NCBI GenBank assembly: GCA_965655095.1
Contig: OZ296649.1
Coordinates: forward strand, 94,240,001 to 94,304,000
DNA: 64,000 nucleotides
DNA from: Haplodiscus bocki
Taxonomy: Eukaryota
Direction of reading: 5' to 3'
Below, one piece after another: positions 48,619-63,600 of this stretch (the first letter of the stretch is position 1; the number at the start of each line of letters is the position of its first letter). The notes under the pieces are model-generated. The model was not told the DNA's origin. It did no database searches and worked only from the letters and a program-made list of their open reading frames with translations. The position numbers were made by a program, and so were the translations under genes.

Positions 48619-51600
48619 AGAATTTTTGCGCCGGTCTTATAAACTTGTGTTTTTCGAAATTGAAAAATTTCGAAACAGGAATTTTCCAAAACATGAAACA
48701 AGGTTTCTCTTTTCTAGGTTGATTGGCACCCTATGCCAATTGGCAGGATTCCAATTGAAAGAAAAAGAAGTTGATACTGAGAAAACCGTCTGTACAAGGC
48801 TATGTGTGTAGCTTGAAGCCGTGCGCTAAATGTCTTGACGCTTATATTATACGATTTCCTTCGCTGATTTCGTCACAACTTCAGAAAAATATTTCCTTCA
48901 TATCCCCAGTTCGCCGAAACTAACGGGTGGTATGCGTACAGTTTTTTTAGACCTAGAGGCAAGAAAAAGATAATAACTTAGTTGAAAAATTTTTCCCGCT
49001 AAATTTGGCCAACATGCTTTTTTCAGCCGAAACAATTCGAAATATCGTAAGCAGCCCACTGATTTTATGAAACTTGACGCCTCCTTACTAAGTACCGTTG
49101 GTTCAGCGGTCTTTCAAAGTAAATTAGGAAGTCGCCAAAGAGCGTAGTTGACAATGCCGAAGTTTCATTGCTGCAAGAACACTTGTGGCTTAAAGAAAAC
49201 TGGCCGAAGTTTTCAGAATCGATACTCTTTCAGAGTGCAAAATGTAGTTTTTTTAACCGTTTTCTCTCTTTTTTTATTTAAAAGGTCTACTGAACCCTTG
49301 TAACCCTTGCAAAGTCAAAAATTGGATCAAAGGAAAGTTATTACTTTTTCCGTTGAGTTTTGGTGTTTTTTTTGGAAAGTTTATGAATTTCAAGACTATC
49401 CAAAATTATAACTTTCAAAAACTAAACTTCGGCGCCACAAAAGCAGTTTGAACACGTCCTATTTAGACCAACTTTACACCCATGACTTCTAGAAGGGCTT
49501 TACACTGCGAAATCAAACATTTTCAAGTTCTGAAGTGAGCGAATTTTTCAACCATATCTATTTTCTTCCAGAAAACCAAAGAATTGAAGCAAAGCTTGTA
49601 TCTCGATTGTTGCAGCGAATAAAAAGACTCATGGAGTTGTCGCGTACATCACGGGCAGTGTGAGTTTTGGAACAGTTGCACAGACCGCGTTTACATCCGT
49701 ATAGAATTTTGATTCAATCGGGTCTTTTTAACTGGGATGTTTTCGATAAAGAAAAATTCAGTGAGTAACTGATGAACATTTGGTTAGTTTTTCGCTTCCT
49801 ATTACAAATTACAAGTATCTGATGGTGGTAAAAGTGTATAGAAAAAGTTGCGTCTGGAAACTATTAAGTGTGTGTCTCTAAGTTATTCGCTATGTTTCTT
49901 GGTGCCCATGTTTTCTTTCTGATTTTCTTACCAGGTTTCGAATGTTTTTCCAAGATATACCAAGGCAGAGATTTTTCGCCGGCTCATTTTTCAAGAAACA
50001 AATTTTGGAGCATAGCAGGTTTATCAACCGTCAAAACTAACAACAGAACCCATGGCTTTGTCGCGGGAATCACAGGCTGTGAGAGTTTCAAATCAGTTAC
50101 ACAGCCTTTACATGTTTATAAAAAAAATCTGATTCCCCAGTGCTTTGTTTCCTAGCATCTTTTCGTTGAAGGAAAGTTTCAGTAACTAAAGGAGTTTTTT
50201 GGCATTCTTTTTCTCTTTCTACTGCTAATGGCAGTTTTCTCACGCTAGTAAACCTCTGGAACAATTAGTGGCGGAGAAACAAAAAAGATTCATACCATTT
50301 TGTAATATGCCAAAAAATTTACTCGAGACACGGAGAATGTCAGTGCGTTTTCGTTGCTCACCTAGGGAGAAGACAGGGGTTACTCGACTACCTGTACAAA
50401 AATTCTGATTTTTTGGCCCACCTTGTTGATTAGCCAATAACTTTCAAAATTGTGTTCACTTAAGAATATTATCGAGGCTTTTGAACTCAGATGCACTTCT
50501 CCAAAAGTGTCTTTAGCTTGCTGTACCGAAATATTGCTGTTTGGTATCCCACTTTGACCATTTTTTGACCTTATTTTTGTGTCGGTTTTTTTCGGTCTAT
50601 CACAAAAGGTCCAATGTCTGATTCATGTTGTTCTGATTCCGCCATTTTTTCCACAACTCCCGGAAGTTTTCCTTGAACATCTATGTCTCACATCCTATTT
50701 AATAAAACCATCTAATAAATTCACAAGCAATGCGGCATGACTTCAAGGTATTTTTTGACTCTAGAAACTGCACCACAAAAATTTTTTGACGGAGGACTTT
50801 TCTTTTCCTAGTATGTGACATGCGAATCAGGTAGCTTGCAGGTATGTAAGTGCTTCCTCACTATAATAGCCTTGCCCAATTTGATTGAAAAATATTGTCT
50901 CATTTCTTGCCCATGGGTATTTTACGCTTCGGTTGAATGGCCGGACACCTCGAAAAGGTGCTATTTTGGCTCAAAAACACTCTTTTTTTGTAACCTTAAA
51001 ATAGCGCACATTGAGGCTTCAAAACAAGCAACAGTCCGTTCTGATTTTCCCTGAAAAGCCTCTTGTGGTAGCAGTTCTGGAAAATAGACTTCCTATTGAA
51101 CAAGCCAATGGTTACTATTCTGGCAGAATTGTTGCGCTGGTCTTATAAACTTGTGTTTTTCAAAATTGAAAAATTTCGAAACAGGAATTTCCAAAACATG
51201 AAACAAGGTTTCTCTTTTCTAGGTTGATTGGCACCCTATGCCAATTGGCAGGATTCCAATTGAAAGAAAAAGAAGTTGATACTGAGAAAACCGTCTGTAC
51301 AAGGCAATGTGTGTAGCTTGAACCCGTGGGCTAAATGTCTTGACGCTTATATTTTACGATTTCCTTCGCTGATTTCGTCACAACTTCAGAAAAATATTTC
51401 CTTCATATCCCCAGTTCGCCGAAACTAACGGGTGGTATGCGTACAGTTTTTTTAGACCTAGAGGCAAGAAAAAGATAATAACTTAGTTGAAAAATTTTTC
51501 CCGCTAAATTTGGCCAACATGCTTTTTTCAGCCGAAACAATTCGAAATATCGTAAGCAGCCCACTGATTTTATGAAACTTGACGCCTCCTTACTAAGTAC

Positions 51601-54600
51601 CGTTGGTTCAGCGGTCTTTCAAAGTAAACTAGGAAGTCGCCAAAGAGCGTAGTTGACAATGCCGAAGTTTCATTGCTGCAAGAACACTTGTGGCTTAAAG
51701 AAAACTGGCCGAAGTTTTCAGAATCGATACTCTTTCAGAGTGCAAAATGTAGTTTTTTTAACCGTTTTCTCTCTTTTTTTATTTAAAAGGTCTACTGAAC
51801 CCTTGTAACCCTTGCAAAGTCAAAAATTGGATCAAAGGAAAGTTATTACTTTTTCAGTTGAGTTTTGGTGTTTTTTTTGGAAAGTTTATGAATTTCAAGA
51901 CTATCCAAAATTATAACTTTCAAAAACTAAACTTCGGCGCCACAAAAGCAGTTTGAACACGTCCTATTTAGACCAACTTTACACCCATGACTTCTAGAAG
52001 GGCTTTACACTGCGAAATCAAACATTTTCAAGTTCTGAAGTGAGCGAATTTTTCAACCATATCTATTTTCTTCCAGAAAACCAAAGAATTGAAGCAAAGC
52101 TTGTATCTCGATTGTTGCAGCGAATAAAAAGACTCATGGAGTTGTCGCGTACATCACGGGCAGTGTGAGTTTTGGAACAGTTGCACAGACCGCGTTTACA
52201 TCCGTATAGAATTTTGATTCAATCGGGTCTTTTTAACTGGGATGTTTTCGATAAAGAAAAATTCAGTGAGTAACTGATGAACATTTGGTTAGTTTTTCGC
52301 TTCCTATTACAAATTACAAGTATCTGATGGTGGTAAAAGTGTATAGAAAAAGTTGCGTCTGGAAACTATTAAGTGTGTGTCTCTAAGTTATTCGCTATGT
52401 TTCTTGGTGCCCATGTTTTCTTTCTGATTTTCTTACCAGGTTTCGAATGTTTTTCCAAGATATACCAAGGCAGAGATTTTTCGCCGGCTCATTTTTCAAG
52501 AAACAAATTTTGGAGCATAGCAGGTTTATCAACCGTCAAAACTAACAACAGAACCCATGGCTTTGTCGCGGGAATCACAGGCTGTGAGAGTTTCAAATCA
52601 GTTACACAGCCTTTACATGTTTATAAAAAAAATCTGATTCCCCAGTGCTTTGTTTCCTAGCATCTTTTCGTTGAAGGAAAGTTTCAGTAACTAAAGGAGT
52701 TTTTTGGCATTCTTTTTCTCTTTCTACTGCTAATGGCAGTTTTCTCACGCTAGTAAACCTCTGGAACAATTAGTGGCGGAGAAACAAAAGAGATTCATAC
52801 CATTTTGTAATATGCCAAAAAAATTACTCGAGACACGGAGAATGTCAGTGCGTTTTCGTTTCTCACCTAGGGAGAAGACAGGGGTTACTCGACTACCTGT
52901 ACAAAAATTCTGATTTTTTGGCCCACCTTGTTGATTAGCCAATAACTTTCAAAATTGTGTACACTTAAGAATATTATCGAGGCTTTTGAACTCAGATGCA
53001 CTTCTCCAAAAGTGTCTTTAGCGTGCTGTACCGAAAAACTGCTGTTTGGTATCCAACTTTCACTTTTTTTGACCTTATTTTTGTGTCGGTTTTTTTCGGT
53101 CTATCGCAAAAGGTCCAAAGTTTGATTCATGTTGTTCTGATTCCGCCATTTTTTCCACAATTCCCGGAAGTTTTCCTTTGAACATCTATGTCTCACTTCC
53201 TATTTAATAAAACCATCTAATAAATTCACAAGCAATGCGGCATGACTTCAAGGTATTTTTTGACTCTAGAAACTGCACCACAAAAATTTTTTGACGGAGG
53301 ACTTTTCTTTTCCTAGTATGTGACATGCGAATCAGGTAGCTTGCAGGTATGTAAGTGCTTCCTCACTATAATAGCCTTGCCCAATTTGATTGAAAAATAT
53401 TGTCTCATTTCTTGCCCATGGGTATTTTACGCTTCGGTTGAATGGCCGGACACCTCGAAAAGGTGCTATTTTGGCTCAAAAACACTCTTTTTTTGTAACC
53501 TTAAAATAGCGCACATTGAGGCTTCAAAACAAGCAACAGTCCGTTCTGATTTTCCCTGAAAAGCCTCTTGTGGTAGCAGTTCTGGAAAATAGACTTCCTA
53601 TTGAACAAGCCAATGGTTACTATTCTGGCAGAATTTTTGCGCTGGTCTTATAAACTTGTGTTTTTCAAAATTGAAAAATTTCGAATCAGGAATTTTCCAA
53701 AACATGAGAAAAGGGTTCTCTTTTCTAGGTTGATTGGCAACCTATGCCAATTGGCAGGATTCCAATTTCAAAAGAAAAGAAATTGATACTGAGAAAACCG
53801 TCTGTACAAGGCTATGCGTGTAGCTTGAAGCCGTGCCCTAAGTGTCTTGACGCTTATATTTTATGATTTCCTTCGCTGATTTCGTCACAACTTCAGAAAA
53901 ATATTTCCTTCATATCCCTGGTTCTCCAAAACTAACGAGTGGTACGCCTACAGTTTTTCTGGACCTAGAGACACGAAAAGGGTAATAACTTAGTTGAAAA
54001 ATATTTCCGGCCAAATTTGGCCAACATGCTTTTTTCAGCCGAAACAATTCGAATTATCGTAAACAGCCAACTGCTTTTATGAAACTTGACGCCCCTTTAC
54101 TAGGTACCGTTGGTTCAGCAGTCTTTCAGCATTAAATTAGGAAGTCGCCAAAGAGGGTAGTTGACAATGCCGAAGTTTTATTGCTGCAAAAACACTTCCG
54201 GCTTATAGAAAACTGGCCGAAGTTTACAGAATCAACATACTTTCAGAGTGAAACATGTGCTTTTTTTAACAGTTTTCTCTCTTTTTTTATTTAAAAGGTC
54301 TACTGAACCCTTGTAACCCTTGCAAAGTCAAAACTTGGATCAAAGGAAAGTTATTACTTTTTCCGTTGAGTTTTGGTGTTTTTTTTGGAAATTTTATGAA
54401 TTTCAAGTCTATCCAAAATTATAACATTCAAAAACGACACTTCGGGGCCACAAAAGCAGTTTGAAGACGTCCTATTCAGCCCAAGCTTACACCCATGACT
54501 TCTTGAAGTGCTTTACATTGCGAAATCAAATTTTTTCAAGTTTTGAAGTGAGCGACTTTTTCAACCATATCTATTTTCTTCCAGAAAACAAAAAAGGGAA

Positions 54601-57600
54601 GCAAAACTTGTATCTCGTTTGTTGCAGCGAATAACAAGACTCATAGAGTTGTCGCGGACATCATGGGCAGTGCGAGTTTCGAAACAGTTGCACAGACCGC
54701 GTTTACATGGGTAGCGAAGTTTGATTCAATCGGGTTTTTCTTAACTGAGGTGTTTTTGATAAAGGAAAAACTCAGTGAGTAACTGATAAACTTTTGGTTA
54801 GCTTCTCGCTTCCTATTACAAATGACAAGTATCTGACAGTGGTAAAAGTCTATAGAAAAAGTTGCGTCTGGAAATTGTTAAGTGTGTGTCTCTAAGCCAT
54901 TCGCTATGTAACTTGGCGCCCATGTTTTTTTTTGATTTTCTCCCCAGGTTTCGAACATTTTTCCAAGATATACCAAGGCGAAGATTTTTTGCCGGCTCAT
55001 TTTTCAAGATACTATTTTTGGAGCATAGCAGGTATATCAACCGTCATAACTAACAACAGGACCCATGGTTTTGTCGGGGGAATCACAGGCTGTGAGAGTT
55101 TCAAATCAGTTACAGAGCCTTTACATGTGTATAAAAAACCATTTGATTCCCCAGTGCTTTGTATCCTAGCATATTTTCGTTGAAGTAAAGTTTCAGCAAC
55201 TAAATGAACTTTTTGGTTTTCTTTTTTCTTTCTAATGCCAACGGCAGTTTTCTCACACTAGTGAACCTCTGGAACAGATAGTGGCGGAGAAACAAAAAAA
55301 GATTCATACCAATTTGTAATATGCCAAAAAAATTACTCGAGACTCGAAGAATGTCAGTGCTTTTTCGTTGCTCACCCAGGGAGAAGACAGAGGTTACTCG
55401 TCTGTCTGAACCAAAATCCGGAATTTTTTCGGCCCACCTTGTTTATTAGCCAATAACTTTCAAAATTGTGTACACATAAGAATATTATCGAGGACTTTGA
55501 ACACAGATGCATTTCTCCAAAAGTGTCTTTACCTTGCTGCACCAAAAAAGTGCTGTCTGGTATTCCACTTTCAACAATTTTTGACCTTACTTTTGTGTCG
55601 GTTTTTTCGGTCTATCACAAAAGGTCCAATATCTGATTCATGTTGTTCTGATTCCGCCATTTTTTCCACAACTCCCGGAAGTTTTCTTTGAACATCTATG
55701 TCTCACATCCTATTAGATAAAACCCTTCTAATAATTTCACAAGCAATTTGGCATGACTTCAGGGTTTTTTTCGATTCTAGAAACTGCGCCAAGAATTTTT
55801 TTTGGCGGAGGATTTTTTCCTATTATGTGACATGCGAATCAGGTACCTTCCAGGTATGTAAGTGCTTCCTCCATATAACAGCCTTGCCCAATTCGATTGA
55901 AAAATATTGTCTCATTTCTTCCCCAGTGGTATTTTATGCTTCGGTTGAATGGCCGGACATCTCGAAAAGGTGCTATTTTGGCTCAGAAACACTCTTTTTT
56001 TGTAACCCAAATGGAGCGCACATTGAAGCTTCAAAACAAGCAACAGTCCGTTCTGACTTTGCCTGAAAATCCTCTTGTGGTAGCAGTCCTAGAAAATGGA
56101 CTTCCTATTGAACAAGTCAATGGTTACTATTCTGGCAGAATTTTTGCGCTGGTCTGACAAACTTGTGTTTTTCAAAATTGAAAATTTTCGAATCAGGAAT
56201 TTTGCAAAACATGAAAAAAGGGTTCTCTTTTCTAGGTTGATTAGCATCCTATGCCAATTGGATGGATTCCAATTGAAAAAAAAAGAAATTGATACCGAGA
56301 AAACCGTCTGTACAAGGCTATGCGTGTAGCTTGAAGCCGTGCCCTAAGTGTCTTGACGCTTATATTTTATGATTTCCTTCTCTGATTTCGTCACAACTTC
56401 AGAAAAAATTTCCTTCTTATCCTTAGTTCTCCGAAACTAACGAGTGGTATGCGTACGGTTTTTTTGGACCTAGAGGCAAGAAAGAGATAATAACTTAGTA
56501 GAAAAAATTTTCCGGTTAAATTTGGCCAAGATGCTTTTTTCAGCCGAAACAGTGGGAAATATCGTAAACAGCCCACTGCTTTTATGAAACTTGACGACCC
56601 TTTACTGGCCAACATTGGTTCAACGCTCTTTCAACGTAAATTAGGAGGTCGCCAAAAAGTGTAGTTGACATTGCCGAAATTTTGATGCTGCAAGAACACT
56701 TGTGGCTTAAAGAAAACTGGCCGAAATTTTCAGAATCGATACTCTTTCAGAGTGCAAAATGTACTTTTTTATCAGTTTCCTGTCTCTGTACTATATGAGA
56801 GGTCTAATGAACTTTTCCACTCCTTGCCAAGTCAAAACAAAGATTAGGCGAAAGTTTTTGTTTTTCCGTTGAGTTTTAGTGATTTTTTCTCTGGAATTTT
56901 CATGAAATTCAAGACTATCCGAAAATTTAAATTTCAAAAACGACACTTCGGTGCCACCAAGGCAGTTTGAAGACGTCCTATTTAGACCAACATTACACCC
57001 ATGACTTCTACAAGTGCTTTACACTGCGAAATCAAACATATTCAAGTTTTGGAGTGAGCGAATTTTTCAACCATATCTATTTTCTTCCAGAAGACCAAAG
57101 AATTGAAGCAAAGCTTGTATCTCGTTTGTTGCAGCGAATAACAAGACTCATAGAGTTTTCGCGGACATCATGGGCAGTGCGAGTTTCGAAACAGTTGCAC
57201 AGAACGCGTTTACATGGGTAGCGAATTTTGATTCAATCGGGTTTTTCTTAACTGAGGTGTTTTTGATAAAGAAAAACTCAGTGAGTAACTGATAAACTTT
57301 TGGTTAGCTTCTAGCTTCCTATTACAAATGACAAGTATCTGACAGTGGTAAAAGTCTATAGAAAAAGTTGCGTCTGGAAATTGTTAAGTGTGTGTCTCTA
57401 AGCCATTCGCTATGTAACTTGGTGCCCATGTTTTTTTTTGATTTTCTTCCCAGGTTTCGAACATTTTTCCAAGATATACCAAGGCGGAGATTTTTTGCCG
57501 CCTCATTTTTCAAGAAACAATTTTTGGAGCTTAGCAGGTATATCAACGGTCATAGCTAACAGCAGAACTCATGGTTTTGTTGCGGGAATCACAGGCTGTG

Positions 57601-60600
57601 AGAGTTTCAAATCTGTTACACAGCCTTTACATGTGTATAAAAAAACCTTTGATTCCCCAGTGCTTTGTTTCCTAGCATCTTTTCGTTGAAGGAAAGTTTC
57701 AGTAACTAAGTGAGTTTTTTGGCATTCTTTTTCTCTTTCTAGTGCTAATGGAATTTTTCTCACGCTAGTGAACCTCTGGAGCAATTAGTGGCGGAGAAAC
57801 AAAAAAGATTCATACCATTTTGTAATATGCCAAAAAAATTACTCGAGACTCGAAGAATGTCAGTGCTTTTTCGTTGCTCACCCAGGGAGAAGACAGAGGT
57901 TACTCGTCTGTCTGAACCAAAATCCGGAATTTTTTCGGCCCACCTTGTTTATTAGCCAATAACTTTCAAAATTGTGTACACATAAGAATATTATCGAGGA
58001 CTTTGAACACAGATGCATTTCTCCAAAAGTGTCTTTACCTTGCTGCACCAAAAAAGTGCTGTTTGGTATCCCACTTTGACCATTTTTTGACCTTATTTTT
58101 GTGTCGGTTTTTTCGGTCTATCACAAAAGGTCCAATATCTGATTCATGTTGTTCTGATTCCGCCATTTTTTCCACAACTCCCGGAAGTTTTCTTTGAACA
58201 TCTATGTCTCACATCCTATTAGATAAAACCCTTCTAATAATTTCACAAGCAATTTGGCATGACTTCAGGGTTTTTTTCGATTCTAGAAACTGCGCCAAGA
58301 ATTTTTTTTGGCGGAGGATTTTTTCCTATTATGTGACATGCGAATCAGGTACCTTCCAGGTATGTAAGTGCTTCCTCCATATAACAGCCTTGCCCAATTC
58401 GATTGAAAAATATTGTCTCATTTCTTCCCCAGTGGTATTTTATGCTTCGGTTGAATGGCCGGACATCTCGAAAAGGTGCTATTTTGGCTCAGAAACACTC
58501 TTTTTTTGTAACCCAAATGGAGCGCACATTGAAGCTTCAAAACAAGCAACAGTCCGTTCTGACTTTGCCTGAAAATCCTCTTGTGGTAGCAGTCCTAGAA
58601 AATGGACTTCCTATTGAACAAGTCAATGGTTACTATTCTGGCAGAATTTTTGCGCTGGTCTGACAAACTTGTGTTTTTCAAAATTGAAAATTTTCGAATC
58701 AGGAATTTTGCAAAACATGAAAAAAGGGTTCTCTTTTCTAGGTTGATTAGCATCCTATGCCAATTGGAAGGATTCCAATTGAAAAAAAAAGAAATTGATA
58801 CCGAGAAAACCGTCTGTACAAGGCTATGCGTGTAGCTTGAAGCCGTGCCCTAAGTGTCTTGACGCTTATATTTTATGATTTCCTTCTCTGATTTCGTCAC
58901 AACTTCAGAAAAAATTTCCTTCTTATCCTTAGTTCTCCGAAACTAACGAGTGGTATGCGTACGGTTTTTTTGGACCTAGAGGCAAGAAAGAGATAATAAC
59001 TTAGTAGAAAAAATTTTCCGGTTAAATTTGGCCAAGATGCTTTTTTCAGCCGAAACAGTGGGAAATATCGTAAACAGCCCACTGCTTTTATGAAACTTGA
59101 CGACCCTTTACTGGCCAACATTGGTTCAACGCTCTTTCAACGTAAATTAGGAGGTCGCCAAAAAGTGTAGTTGACATTGCCGAAATTTTGATGCTGCAAG
59201 AACACTTGTGGCTTAAAGAAAACTGGCCGAAATTTTCAGAATCGATACTCTTTCAGAGTGCAAAATGTACTTTTTTATCAGTTTCCTGTCTCTGTACTAT
59301 ATGAGAGGTCTAATGAACTTTTCCACTCCTTGCCAAGTCAAAACAAAGATTAGGCGAAAGTTTTTGTTTTTCCGTTGAGTTTTAGTGATTTTTTCTCTGG
59401 AATTTTCATGAAATTCAAGACTATCCGAAAATTTAAATTTCAAAAACGACACTTCGGTGCCACCAAGGCAGTTTGAAGACGTCCTATTTAGACCAACATT
59501 ACACCCATGACTTCTACAAGTGCTTTACACTGCGAAATCAAACATATTCAAGTTTTGGAGTGAGCGAATTTTTCAACCATATCTATTTTCTTCCAGAAGA
59601 CCAAAGAATTGAAGCAAAGCTTGTATCTCGTTTGTTGCAGCGAATAACAAGACTCATAGAGTTTTCGCGGACATCATGGGCAGTGCGAGTTTCGAAACAG
59701 TTGCACAGAACGCGTTTACATGGGTAGCGAATTTTGATTCAATCGGGTTTTTCTTAACTGAGGTGTTTTTGATAAAGAAAAACTCAGTGAGTAACTGATA
59801 AACTTTTGGTTAGCTTCTCGCTTCCTATTACAAATGACAAGTATCTGACAGTGGTAAAAGTCTATAGAAAAAGTTGCGTCTGGAAATTGTTAAGTGTGTG
59901 TCTCTAAGCCATTCGCTATGTAACTTGGTGCCCATGTTTTTTTTTGATTTTCTTCCCAGGTTTCGAACATTTTTCCAAGATATACCAAGGCGGAGATTTT
60001 TTGCCGCCTCATTTTTCAAGAAACAATTTTTGGAGCTTAGCAGGTATATCAACGGTCATAGCTAACAGCAGAACTCATGGTTTTGTTGCGGGAATCACAG
60101 GCTGTGAGAGTTTCAAATCTGTTACACAGCCTTTACATGTGTATAAAAAAACCTTTGATTCCCCAGTGCTTTGTTTCCTAGCATCTTTTCGTTGAAGGAA
60201 AGTTTCAGTAACTAAGTGAGTTTTTTGGCATTCTTTTTCTCTTTCTACTGCTAATGGGATTTTTCTCACGCTAGTGAACCTCTGGAACAATTAGCGGCGG
60301 AGAAACAAAAAAGACTCATACCATTTTGTAATATGCCAAAAAATTTACTCGAGACTGGGAGAATGTCAGTGCTTTTTCGTTGCTCACCTAGGGAGAGGAC
60401 AGGGGTTACTCGTCTGTCTGAACCAAAATCCGGAATTTTTTCGGCCCACCTTGTTTATTAGACATTAACTTTCGAAATTGTGTACACTTAAGAATATTAT
60501 CGAGGCCTTTGAACTCAGATGCACTTCTCCAAAAGTGTCTTTAGCCTGCTGTACCGAAATATTGCTGTTTGGTATCCCACTCTCACCATTTTTTGACCTT

Positions 60601-63600
60601 ATTTTTGTGTCGGTTTTTTTCGGTCTATCAAAAAAGGTCCAATGTCTTATTCATGTTGTTCTGATTCCGCCATTTTTTCCACAACTCCCGGAAGTTTTCT
60701 TTGAACATCTATGTCTCACATCCTATTAGATAAAACCCTTCTAATAATTTCACAAGCAATTTGGCATGACTTCAGGCTATTTTTCGATTCTAGAAACTGC
60801 GCCAAGAATTTTTTTTGGTGGAGGATTTTTCTTTTCCTATTACGTGACATGCGAATCAGGTACCTTCCAGGTATGTAAGTGCTTCCTCCATATAACAGCC
60901 TTGCCCAATTTGATTGAAAAATGTTGTCTCATTTCTTCCCCAGTGGTATTTTATGCTTCGGTTGAATGGCCGGACACCTCGAAAAGGTGCTATTTTGGCT
61001 CAAAAACACTCTTTTTTTTGCAACCCCAATGGAGCGCACAGTGAAGTTTCAAAACAAGCAACAGTCCGTTCTGATTTTGCCTGAAAAGCCTCTTGTGGTA
61101 GCAGTTCTAGAAAACAGACTTCCTACTGAACAAGCCAATGGTTAATATTCTGGCAGAAATTTTGAGCTGGTCTTATAAACTTGTGTTTTCTGAAAATTAA
61201 AAATTTTCGAATCAGGAATTTTGCAAAACTTGAAAAAAGTGTGCTCTTTTCTAGGTCGATTGGCATCCTATGCCAATTGGCAGGATTCCAATTTCAAAAA
61301 GAAAGAAATTGATACTGAGAAAACCGTCTGTACAAGGCTATGCGTGTAGCTTGAAAACGTGCCCTAAGTGTCTTGACGCTTATATTTTATGATTTCCTTC
61401 GCTGATTTCGTCACAACTTCAGAAAACTATTTCCTTCATATCCCTAGTTCTCCGAAACTAACGAGTGGTATGCGTATAGTTTTTTGGACCTAGGGGCAGG
61501 AAAAGGATAATAACTTAGTTGAAAAATTTTTCCGGTTAAATTTGGCCAACATGCTTTTTTCAGCCGAAACAGTTGGAAATATCGTAAACAGCCCACTGCT
61601 TTTATGAAACTTGACGACTTTTTACTAGCCACCATTAGTTCAACGGTCTTTCAACGTAAATTAGGAGGTCGCCAAAAAGTGTAGTTGACATTGCCGAAAT
61701 TTTGATGCTGCAAGAACACTTGTGGCTTAAAGAAAACTGGCCGAAGTTTTCAGAATCGACACACTTTCAGAGTGCAAAATGGACTTTTTTATCAGTTTTC
61801 TGTCTCTTTACTATATGAGAGGTCTAATGAGCCTTTCTAATCCTTGCCAAGTCAAAACTTAGATCAAGCGAAAGGTTTTGCCTTTCCGTTGAGTTTTAGT
61901 GATTTTTTCTCTGGAATTTTCATGAATTCCAAGACTATCCGAAATTATAAGTTTCAAAAAACGAAACTTAGGGGACATGAAGGCAGTTTGAAGACGTCCT
62001 ATTTAGACCAACTTTACACCCATGACTTCTAGAAGGGCTTTACACTGCGAAATTAAACCTTTTCAGTTTCTGAAGTGAGCGAATTTTTAAACCATATCTA
62101 TTTTCTTCCAGAAAACCAAAGAAATGAAGCAGAGCTTGTATCTCGTTTGTTGCAGCGAATAACAAGGTTCATGGAGTTTTCGCGTACATCACGAGCAGTG
62201 TGAGTTTTGAAACAGTTGCACAGACCGCGTTTTGCATGGGTAGCGATCTTTGATTCAATCGGGTTATTTTAACTGGGATGTTTTCGATAAAGGAAAAATT
62301 CAGTGAGTAACTGATGAACTTCTGGTTAGTTGTTCGCTTCCTATTAAAAATGACAAGTATCTGACGGTGGTAAAAGTCCATAGAAAAAGTTGTGTCTGGA
62401 AACTGTTAAGTGTTTGTCTCTGAGCCATTCGCTATGTCTCTTGGTGGCGATGTTTTCTTTTTGATTTTCTTCCCAGGTTTCGAACATTTTTCCAAGATAT
62501 ACCAAGGCGGAGAATTTTTGCCAGCTCATTTTTCAAGAAACAATTTTTGGAGCATAGCAGGTATATCAACCGTCATAGCTAACATCAGGACTCATGGTTT
62601 TGTCGCGGGAATCACAGGCTGTGGGAGTTTCAAATCAGTTACAGAGCCTTTACATGTGTTTAAAAAACCATTTGATTCCCCAGTGCTTTGTTTCCTAGCA
62701 TGTTTTCGTTGAAGTAAAGTTTCAGTAACTAAATGAGTTTTTTGGCATTCTTTTTCTCTTTCTACTGTTAATGGCAGTTTTCTCACGCTAGTAAACCTCT
62801 GGAACAATTAGTGGCGGAGAAACAAAGATTCATACCAATTTGTAATATGCCAAAAAATTTACTCGAGACTGGGAGAATGTCAGTGCTTTTTCTTTGCTCA
62901 CCTAGGGAGAAGACAGGGGTTACTCGTCTGTCTGAACAAAAATCCGGAATTTTTTTGGCCCACCTTGTTTATTAGCCATTAACTTTCGAAATCGTGTACA
63001 CTTAAGAATATTATCGAGGCCTTTGAACTCAGATGCACTTCTCCAAAAGTGTCTTTAGCCTGCTGTACCGAAATATTGCTGTTTGGTATCCCACTTTCAC
63101 CATTTTTTGACCTTATTTTTGTGTCGGTTTTTTTCGGTCTATCACAAAAGGTCCAATGTCTGATTCATGTTGTTCTGATTCCGCCATTTTTTCCACAACT
63201 CCCGGAAGTTTTCTTTGAACATCTATGTCTCACATCCTATTAGATAAAGCCCTTCTAATAATTTCACAAGCAATTTGGCATGACTTCAGGTTTTTTTTCG
63301 ATTCTAGAAACTGAGCCAAGGATTTTTTTTGGCGGAGGATTTTTCTTTTCCTATTACGTGACATGCGAATCAGGTACCTTCCAGGTATGTAAGTGCTTCA
63401 TCCATATAACAGCCTTGCCCAATTTGATTGAAAAATGTTGTCTCATTTCTTCCCCAGTGGTATTTTATGCTTCGGTTGAATGGCCGGACACCTCGAAAAG
63501 GTGCTATTTTGGCTCAAAAACACTCTTTTTTTGTAACCCCAATGAAGCGCACATTGAAGCTTCAAAACAAGCAACAGTCCGTTCTGATTTTGCCTGAAAA

